A DNA stretch of 6,816 nucleotides from Amoeboradix gromovi X-113 (lineage: Eukaryota; Fungi; Sanchytriomycota): contig JADGIF010000548.1 of the NCBI GenBank assembly GCA_018985225.1, forward strand, positions 1 to 6,816, in the 5' to 3' direction. Both the position numbers and the translations under genes were made by a program. The number at the start of each line of letters is the position of its first letter. The first letter of the stretch is position 1. The notes under the pieces are model-generated. The model was not told the origin of the DNA. It did no database searches and was given only the letters and a program-made list of their open reading frames with translations. Of the stretch, positions 1 to 6,816 are shown one piece after another.

Positions 1-316
1 AAGATTGAAGATGTTTATTCTCACTACTCTTTTTACGTTTCTTGGGTTTTATCATGTATATAAATAGAATAGTTTCATTTGTTTATAATAATTTATTGAT
101 CAATACTTTTTCAAACAAATTTGTTTAATACTCGATGAGGTCAAAATGTCGTTGGATGTCCCACATGTTGTCTCCGGGTCTTATTCGGGGTTTTAGTAAA
201 GTTTGTTGGGAAGCAATCCAACGTTTTGTATGACGTAATAAGATCTCTCCTGAAAATGAGCAATTTGCACCCTAAACATTTCAAAGTAATTACACTCCTC
301 CAAACTTTCGACTTAC

Positions 317-1012
317 ATGGCCAAAGAATTTTCACACATTGAGCACTCAAATGCAGCTGTATTAGTCAAGAACATATCCAAAGCGGCAAATCAAGATATT
401 GTTAAGGATTTCTTTTCATTTTGCGGTACTATTCAGCGTTTTGAAATGATCGATGCTGACAACGGCTACTCTGCATTGATTGTGTTTGACAAGGACAGTG
501 CTGCTAATACAGCCAAGTTGTTGACCAATGCTGTCATCGTTGATTCTCAAGTGTCAGTCACAAGTTACTTTGAACCTACAGCGGAAAGTAAAAAGAGCGT
601 GGAACAGGTAGTCAAGCCAGCATTACATACGGTAGCTCAGCTTCTAGCTGCAGGGTATAAGTTGAGTGACAACATCATCAATAGAGCTAAAACCTTGGAC
701 TCCAACATGGGACTCACAAGCACCTTGAGCCACTATGCTGAGCAAGCAAAAGAAGAGGTACTAAAATTGGAAAACCGATATCATTTAATCGAAACTGTTC
801 AAACTCAGGTGAAACAAGTTGACGAAAGATTTGGAGTTTCCAAGACTGCTAATGATCTGTACACAAACGCATCGTCAGTCGCAACTAATGTTGCCACAAC
901 TGCATTAAGTACCGCACCAGGTCAATATGTCCAAGAAGGATTTAACTATGCAAAGGAAAAGGCAACTGAGGTACAAAAGGATGCTGAACAGTTGCGAACA
1001 ACACCTCAATAA
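317..1012 (+). CDS. vip1: Vip1-like RRM-domain protein (fungal Vip1 / plant BPA1 family), 231 aa
   Basis: Intact ATG-TAA ORF. The N-terminal RRM VLVKNISKAANQDIVKDFFSFCGTIQRFEM...ALIVFDKDSAANTAKLLTNAVIVDSQVSV matches the Vip1-type 'DFFSFCG' and 'AA.TA.LL..A' signature. The C-terminal VAQLLAAGYKLSDNIINRAKTLD and VKQVDERFGVSKTA segments are also typical of the family. Confidence 0.85.
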   Translation: MAKEFSHIEHSNAAVLVKNISKAANQDIVKDFFSFCGTIQRFEMIDADNGYSALIVFDKDSAANTAKLLTNAVIVDSQVSVTSYFEPTAESKKSVEQVVKPALHTVAQLLAAGYKLSDNIINRAKTLDSNMGLTSTLSHYAEQAKEEVLKLENRYHLIETVQTQVKQVDERFGVSKTANDLYTNASSVATNVATTALSTAPGQYVQEGFNYAKEKATEVQKDAEQLRTTPQ

Positions 1013-1013
1013 A
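1008..1013 (+). promoter_or_regulatory. Putative poly(A) signal AATAAA overlapping the vip1-like stop codon
   Basis: caATAAAt, with the stop TAA at 1010-1012 inside the hexamer. Confidence 0.35.
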
Positions 1014-1416
1014 TATATTAAATTAACTGCATTTTACTTATTCGATTGCAATTGTCGCACTTGATTAACCTATTTGGTCTTTAGTCGAAGGCTGCTATAT
1101 TTTAGTCTGGAAACCGCGGCTCATAATCTCATCTACTTATGGCTTCCTGCGTTTGTACAGTTGAGGTATTGTCGAATAGCTCTGAAGCAAGACCACAAGT
1201 AGATGTCGTTTTTACCAAGACATAGAAAGATTGTACAATCAATGTTTTGTTTTCAAAGTCAAGTCACTGTACGTCAAGTGTTATTTCCGCATCAACTAAA
1301 CGCTTGAGGAAAACTTTTGCAAGTGTGTGTGAAAATACAAAACTGATTCATGCAATGCCCATAGCTAAACTCTCTGTCTAGTTGAATAGTAAGAAGAGTT
1401 AAATTACCATCAAGTG

Positions 1417-2526
1417 TCATCCAATCATTCTTGTGATTGTGTTGCAAAAATATCGACTATTTAACTTATTTTTACGTGTTGCAAAAACAAGATTCCACCT
1501 GCTTCTGTACTTCTTGACCAGGAAATTACTTTGCATAACTCGCAACTCACTAATACTTGAAGAAATTAATTTTACAGCGTTATTTACTTGCATAGCTTTA
1601 TATATCTTGGAGTACTCTTGAAGGTGTATCAATTTACTAACATAGATAAACAAACGTGATATGCATCTTGAACTGCTCCTTATGGAACTTAAAAAACTAA
1701 TGCACTTGGATTTGCGAACTACTTCATAGCTTAAGTACCTTAAAAACACCTTACCTTCGTTTATATTACACAAAAGAGCCAGTTTGTGACATTTATTGAA
1801 GAAATGTAGAATAAGACTATGGACAGCAACTTTAATAGCAACTTTGCTGCTCCAATTAGAAAAACATATGGAAATTATATAATTAATGGATTTTACGCTT
1901 GATTTACTGTATTTCACTAGGACAAACTTGAATTTTATATAAAGTACACGTCTTGAACAAAAAATCAAATAATGCAGTTTGGCTACCACTTTGGCTCGCA
2001 GCCTTAATAATAGGGTACAGTTGGCTCTCCACTGCAAATAAATTGAGATTCGTGTCTGGCTGTTTTGGTGCTGAATTGTTTTAGTTGACCATTCCGCCAA
2101 ATTTCTTTGCAAAAATTTAATGGATGGAACAAGTATTCTGGTACTACATCTCCATGTATCAAAATGTCGTTTAATGACATGAAGCTGGCTAAAATGCTGT
2201 AATAGGGAGAAGTATAATTGAATCTCGAGAAGTTGACTTGAAATATGAATTCTTGTTAAATGGCGTGTAAGCTGAGTAGATTTTAAGATTCTATACCAAT
2301 AAATGCAGTAACTGTAATTGGACTGTTTATGCAGCACATGTGAGATGTTTATTTTGGTCTTCAACAGACGTAAAATGCGGTCTTTAAAACAGAGTTTACT
2401 AATAGTTAGTAAACTGATATGAATTTTGTTTTTCCAAATATAGAAATACCTAAGATATCTTAATTTTAAGTGAATTTTGCTTTTCGCCTTCAAATAAAAG
2501 ATATTTGAACATTTTGCAGGTTTCAT
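1417..2526 (-). CDS. Hypothetical basic helical protein, 369 aa, with degenerate Sfi1-like (centrin-binding) Trp motifs
   Basis: A 1110-nt stop-free frame is unlikely by chance in AT-rich DNA. The protein is very poor in D/E/P/G and carries repeated [FLY]xxW[KRS] motifs: YLRYFYIWK, VIKRHFDTWR, FLQRNLAEWS, ISIYLQWR, IISICFSNWS. The family call is tentative and the 3' end is uncertain. Confidence 0.55.
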   Translation of the reverse strand: MKPAKCSNIFYLKAKSKIHLKLRYLRYFYIWKNKIHISLLTISKLCFKDRILRLLKTKINISHVLHKQSNYSYCIYWYRILKSTQLTRHLTRIHISSQLLEIQLYFSLLQHFSQLHVIKRHFDTWRCSTRILVPSIKFLQRNLAEWSTKTIQHQNSQTRISIYLQWRANCTLLLRLRAKVVAKLHYLIFCSRRVLYIKFKFVLVKYSKSSVKSINYIISICFSNWSSKVAIKVAVHSLILHFFNKCHKLALLCNINEGKVFLRYLSYEVVRKSKCISFLSSIRSSSRCISRLFIYVSKLIHLQEYSKIYKAMQVNNAVKLISSSISELRVMQSNFLVKKYRSRWNLVFATRKNKLNSRYFCNTITRMIG

Positions 2527-2960
2527 GAAATAAAATTGTTGTTTATATTTATCGTAGTGTTTCCTATTATTGGTAAATGTGCGCTAATTATGCAACTCTA
2601 CTTTGAAGACTTTCTGCTGCATGCTCGATGGTTATCTGAAGCATTAATAATTATTAGTACTTTGGGTCAACAGGTAGTAGGGCTGTAGAAGAAGCATTCA
2701 TAGTCGTTTTATCTTGGCGAGTCATGAAATGTGGTTACTAGTCGAAAAGTAGCCATAAATTGTGGAGCATCCAATTATGTTCCACGTGAAGTTAAATATG
2801 CATTATACCGACATGCAAAAATCTCTGAAAAGTGGATCAAGGCGTCTGATCATTTCAACATTTTTCTATCAGCTGGAATTGCTAAGACTATTCTTCTTCA
2901 GCTTGAATACAAAAGTTTATTACACTAAGTCGGATTTTATAATTTTCTCCATCTGAAACA

Positions 2961-3227
2961 ATGGACCGCAAGGCAGTGATCAAGAATGCGGACATGTCTG
3001 ATGAGATGCAGCAAGATGCAATTGATTGTGCAAACAATGCTATGGAGAAGTATAACATTGAGAAGGACATTGCAGCATTCATTAAGAGAGAGTTTGACAA
3101 AAAATATGGACCAACTTGGCATTGCATCGTAGGTCGCAACTTTGGAAGTTATGTAACTCATGAGACAAAACATTTCATTTATTTTTACTTGGGACAAATT
3201 GCTATATTGTTATTCAAGTCAGGTTAA
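2961..3227 (+). CDS. DYNLL1: Dynein light chain LC8 (DYNLL1/2, Dyn2/Dlc2 family), 88 aa
   Basis: Near-canonical LC8 sequence: [23 protein letters not shown]...[60 protein letters not shown]. No intron. Confidence 0.98.
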   Translation: MDRKAVIKNADMSDEMQQDAIDCANNAMEKYNIEKDIAAFIKREFDKKYGPTWHCIVGRNFGSYVTHETKHFIYFYLGQIAILLFKSG

Positions 3228-3231
3228 TAAA
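3226..3231 (+). promoter_or_regulatory. Putative poly(A) signal AATAAA overlapping the LC8 stop codon
   Basis: ggtTAATAAAc, followed by a T-rich tract (3247-3270) within a 57-bp intergenic gap. Confidence 0.4.
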
Positions 3232-3284
3232 CTGAATGCTTTCAATATTTCGTTTTGTTTTTACTAATTTGTGGCTCATTTTAA

Positions 3285-5365
3285 ATGTCCAAACTGCAGC
3301 TGGATTTAGGAGAGAAGATATTTGGTTCAGCTCCTAGCCTGACTCACTTAAGTCCCGAAGAAGCTGCTCGCGTTCAACCTTATTTGGATAAGGCTAGAAA
3401 GTACAAAGCATGTTATGACGCAACTTATACGATTAAATGGCAGGAGGAAATACTGATTAATACTGGCGTAGTCATAATATGTGATTATAAGATTGTATTC
3501 TTGGTGGACTATGATTATATAATTGACTTAAAAGAGCTTGTTCAAACTCGTAAAGATGTCATGTTCACATTAAAAAGTTATAAAAACGCATTATATCCCG
3601 TAAAGATTGATGATCTTGTAATCGAACTGAACTTTGTGCAAGAAGAAGATGTCCAGAGGTTCCAAAGAATAATGTTTACAATAAAAAGAGAAGTGGAAGA
3701 TTTGAGAAGATCTGTGATTGCCTATAACGCTTCTTCCATCATCCAAGCACAGTGGAGAATGAAAAAGCAATACGAGCAGTACCACCATTTTAAAGACAAT
3801 GTCATATTTCTACAGCGCTGTTTTCGTAAACGAAAAAACCGACTTAACGCGAGTTTTCAAATGAAGCTGCGCCAAATTGGAAGACTACACCCCAAAAGAT
3901 CCATGATTCTACAAGAATTATACGATACTGAGTTCAACTATATAAATACTTTAAATACCGCATTGACAGCAGTCTACAAGCCAATATTCGCAATGTTTGA
4001 AAACTCAAAAACAGAAGTAAATTCTGCTGTAATTCAATCCATCTTTGGTAATATGGAAGAGATACTAGCTGTGCATGTATTTTTCCTCAATCACTTAAGA
4101 GTATGTCTAGGATATAAAAACCAGTTGAAAAATATTGAGCCTTATGGTAAGTTACCGAAGTTTATCGATTTGGAAACTTTTAACTACCAAAAATGGAATT
4201 TAGAACCTGGGCATAAAGTCGGGGAAGCATTTAAAGAATTTTCTTTGCACGCAGAAGTCCCTTATATACTGTACTGCGTGAAATACGATGATGCCAAAAA
4301 GAATTTACAAAAATGCAAGAAAAACGCAGAATTTAACAAATTTCTTGACAACATCAGTCAGCTCAAACATTTGAAGCGACAAGACATTGAGTCATTGTTG
4401 ATTTCCCCTGTACAAAGAATACCACGATATGAATTGCTTTTGCGCGATTTAATAAAAAACACTTGGAACACCCATCCTGACTTTGAAGCTATTACTGCAG
4501 CACTAGAATGCATTAGCAAGTGTGCGAAGAACATTAACCGAGCCAAATCTTACAAAGAAAGCGAAGAACAAATCAAGCAATTGAAAGTTAAAATAAGATC
4601 ATCTACTATGGTACTCTTTCACTAATTTAGCACGGTAGTAAAAGGATGTATATTGGTGAAGGCAAAATCACATTCTCTCATACGAACAATCCGAAACCGA
4701 GGGAAGTATACGTGTTTGCCCTAAGTGATCAAATCTTGATAACCGAATACAGAGATTCAAAGCTGTCAAGCAAAAAATACAAGTTTATAGAAAATATTCC
4801 GTTAGAGAATGCGCAAGTAGAAGCTAATTTAGAAGACGCCAAAAGGCTGAAGAACTACAGTTTTAAAATCAAGGTCAAGAACTCTGCTAGTATGGAGCCA
4901 CTTATATACACGTTCCAAGTAGATACCTTTGAAAGCTTTAATAAATGGATAGGCGATATTCAAGAAGCTGTAGGGTGTTGTATAACCAGTAAGTCAGAAA
5001 ACAAAACTTCAGACATCTCTGAGTTACTGAGGTGGACAGAAGACGAGCTGGGATACAACTTGGAAAACAACAGAAACAGATCTTTTAGTAATAATTTAAC
5101 AATTCAGTCGTCTTTACGCTCAGGGGATGAAGATTATTCTTCCAGCGTGTCAAGAGCCGAAATATCAAAAATATCACCAGATGGTAGCAAAACTTCGCTA
5201 GATAGAGAGAAATCTTTTGATACCCGCAGCTCTGTACCATTATCACCTCTGAGGGTAGGGTCTAGATTTTCAATTGATGAGAATAAGTCAAACACAGATG
5301 AATTCGCAAATAGCAAAGGAAAGCCTGAAAAATTACAAAAAAGAAAGCCGGCGTTTCAGCAGTAA
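3285..5365 (+). CDS. Dbl-family Rho guanine-nucleotide exchange factor (two IQ motifs, DH, PH); join(3285..4610,4631..5365), 686 aa
   Basis: DH domain motifs KRSMILQELYDTEFNYINTL, IFGNMEEILAVH and SLLISPVQRIPRYELLLRDLIKNT...HPD. IQ motifs SIIQAQWRMKKQY and IFLQRCFRKRK. The PH domain (RMYIGEG...VYVFALSDQILIT...YTFQVDTFESFNKWIGDIQEAV) lies in the downstream ORF, and removing GT..AG 4611-4630 joins the two in frame. A Ser-rich tail follows. Confidence 0.9.
4611..4630 (+). other. 20-nt spliceosomal intron (phase 0) in the RhoGEF gene
   Basis: GTACTCTTTCACTAATTTAG has a GT donor, a CTAAT branch-point-like motif (4622-4626) and a TAG acceptor. It contains the in-frame TAA that ends the 446-aa ORF. 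Removal gives ...RSSTM|HGSKRMYIGEG..., in frame with the PH ORF. Confidence 0.85.
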
Positions 5366-5388
5366 ATGGGATTTGATTTAAAAATTAA

Positions 5389-6101
5389 ATGAACGCTAGA
5401 TACTTTAAAATTCATAAACACTTACAAAGATTGTGCCATGCTTTACCGTTCGACTAGTTAATGTGATTCTGCGCATTTTGCCGAATAGGCCTCTTATCTT
5501 TCGTGAATATACTGCTAATAGTTTGTCAAACATAGAAACAAAACTAATCTTGTTGTATTCAATGAGTCTTGACCTTTATAAACATAATAAAGTTTCTCCT
5601 CAAGTTTACATTATACTAGTTAGAATTCTCGATTTTCTAGAGAGAAACTAGCAATACTAAATGCTCAGTTACGTCGATTCCCACGCTTTTACTACCCTGA
5701 GGCGGGATTGAATAAGGATATATTTACTTGTGTATATTCCTTGCCACCATATGGTCTCTATTTTTTCACAGTTGGTAAGAACAATGATTACATTTACCAT
5801 TTGCGAAAATGAAGAATATCGAGTATTTGAGCTATTAGAAAAATCTGAAAAATCTGAAAAATCTGAAAAAGTCTTGAAATTATTCAAAAATGCATAAATA
5901 TTCGCGATAAATGATTTATTCAAGAAAACAATCGAGCTGTTAAATCTTTTGTTAATAGTTTGCTGGTATGTCCAAGTAGCTTTCCGTGTTGAAGCTATAT
6001 ACTTTCGCGATACCTCTCAGTCTAGAGTTTTTCTTATAATTGCAAACCAAAGAGGCACTGTAAAAACTAGACTGGCTTTTGATACATTTTATTTCAAATA
6101 A
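5389..6101 (+). pseudogene. Decayed F-box / leucine-rich-repeat-like gene with multiple frameshifts and stops
   Basis: ATG 5389 reads MNARYFKIHKHLQRLCHALPFD*. A -1 shift near 5454 continues LVNVILRILP, giving the F-box-like LPFD-LVNVILRILP. Downstream fragments in alternating frames resemble LxxLxLxxN repeats: MKNIEYLS (5809), KNLK/VLKLFKN (~5857-5891), TIELLNL/VNSLLVCPSSFP (5928-5986), VEAIYFRDT (5988). Confidence 0.45.
5838..5870. repeat. 9-bp tandem repeat (GAAAAATCT)x3 plus a partial fourth copy
   Basis: Seen directly: gaaaaatct gaaaaatct gaaaaatct gaaaaa(gtct). Confidence 0.95.
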
Positions 6102-6180
6102 TTGTAGTTTAATAATACTTTTACCTGATAGGCTGTTCTTTCATTTCATTACCTTGTAAAAGAACTAGTTTTGTTATAAA

Positions 6181-6816
6181 TACAGTCTTTTCTGTACAAT
6201 TGTATGGCTAAAAGACGAGAACCTTTTTTCTATAGAAAACGCAAAAAAAGAAATCAGACAGTGAAAACACTAAAGAGGGTGCTTTAACTGTTAAAAAGAA
6301 GCTAACACGCTAAAAACTAGGATTAGAGATACATTTCGTCGTCTTCATCACATAGAGCTTCAATTTCTTCTCTTTTGGAATTGGGTTTTAGAAACCAACA
6401 ACCACCAAATGATTTTAAACCATCTCAAGACCATTTTACTAGATTGCAAGGCTTGTTTACTCAGGACTTGATGTTTTCAAAATTAGTAAACCGAGGAGCT
6501 GCTTAAAGGTGAAATTGTTCAAGAGCAACCCATGCCTATATTTAATACAGACCTAAACCATATGATGGCAGATTATGACTTGAAAGCCTGGCGTAAAAAA
6601 GTCTTCAAAAACAATCTGGTCCAGATAAAAAGACCCTGTTACTTTGGGGTGATGCTCAGTTAAAGACAAACTTTAAAAAGAATAATTATAGTCCTTGCCA
6701 TAGTATTGGAGACTTCTTTCAAAGAACTTGTAAATCCAAAGCGGACTTTGTTCTAGTCAATGAAGATTACACATCCAAGCCTTGTAGTGTTTGCAAGTCT
6801 TTTATTAACAAACGAT
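6181..6816 (+). mobile_element. Probable non-autonomous Fanzor-carrying transposon relic (left boundary uncertain, right end outside the window)
   Basis: Fanzor genes are established transposon passengers. No transposase is visible here. The candidate boundary is near TACAGTCTTTTCTGTA (6181-6196), just upstream of the ATG. Confidence 0.45.
6204..6816 (+). pseudogene. Fanzor (eukaryotic TnpB-family RuvC nuclease, Fanzor1-like) remnant; frameshifted, internally deleted, truncated by the window end
   Basis: The open frame 6597-6815 reads KSLQKQSGPDKKTLLLWGDAQLKTNFKKNNYSPCHSIGDFFQRTCKSKADFVLVNEDYTSKPCSVCKSFINKR. It has a hydrophobic strand followed by GD, the RuvC-II V(N/D)ExxTS[KQ] motif (Glu at 6762-6764) and CxxC (6783-6794). 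An adjacent frame (6490-6618) gives ...HMMADYDLKAWRKKVFKNNL, similar to the basic helix that precedes GD in Fanzor1. A basic N-terminus starts at ATG 6204. Confidence 0.75.

Noticed and set aside
141-350. 69-aa minus-strand ORF
   Set aside because: Non-ATG start, overlaps the vip1-like start, and has no recognisable motif.
1439-1487. 12-bp direct repeat GTGTTGCAAAAA (1439-1450 and 1476-1487), CRISPR-like or flanking a possible 19-nt minus-strand intron
   Set aside because: Only two short copies, inside an open frame in a eukaryotic context. No splicing is needed to keep the frame open.
1433-1621. 62-aa plus-strand ORF
   Set aside because: GTG start, antisense to the 369-aa ORF, and no motif.
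1102-2730. TGA-to-Trp genetic code reassignment suggested by TGA-only interruptions
   Set aside because: The intact genes contain no internal TGA and their Trp residues translate under the standard code. The number of TGA cases is too small to exclude chance.
2888-3197. Two minus-strand ORFs (83 and 86 aa)
   Set aside because: Antisense shadows of the highly conserved LC8 gene.
3591-5316. Three short minus-strand ORFs inside the RhoGEF gene
   Set aside because: Antisense shadow frames of a well-supported CDS.
4646-5365. 239-aa ORF as a separate gene
   Set aside because: It is the PH domain and tail of the upstream DH protein, joined through the 20-nt intron.
5669-5923. 84-aa minus-strand ORF with an FSD repeat
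   Set aside because: TTG start. The repeat only reflects the 9-bp tandem, and plus-strand fragments are more protein-like.
6061-6320. Repeated TAAAAACTAG at 6061 and 6311 as a target-site duplication
   Set aside because: Low-complexity AT-rich 10-mer, and the second copy lies inside Fanzor-like coding fragments rather than at a boundary.
6279-6326. Micro-introns rescuing the Fanzor reading frame
   Set aside because: The GT..AG pairs I tried by hand either hit stops or remove the most Fanzor-like frame. The missing RuvC-I region could not be restored by splicing in any case.

Overview
AT-rich, gene-dense eukaryotic DNA. A compact-genome fungus or fungus-like protist is likely, inferred from a Vip1-like gene, a dynein light chain, very short intergenic gaps and a 20-nt spliceosomal intron. 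The left 5.4 kb holds intact housekeeping genes: a Vip1-like RRM protein (317-1012 +), a divergent basic protein with Sfi1-like Trp motifs (1417-2526 -), dynein light chain LC8 (2961-3227 +), and a two-exon IQ-IQ-DH-PH RhoGEF (3285-4610 joined to 4631-5365 +). The ORF track splits the RhoGEF in two at the intron. The right 1.4 kb is a decayed accessory zone that the ORF track largely misses. It holds a frameshifted F-box/LRR-like pseudogene (~5389-6101 +) and, running off the window end, a frameshifted and internally deleted Fanzor (eukaryotic TnpB-family RNA-guided nuclease) remnant (~6204-6816 +). That remnant keeps the WGD, RuvC-II (VNEDYTSK) and first zinc-finger CxxC motifs. All family calls come from manual translation and motif recognition; no searches were run.
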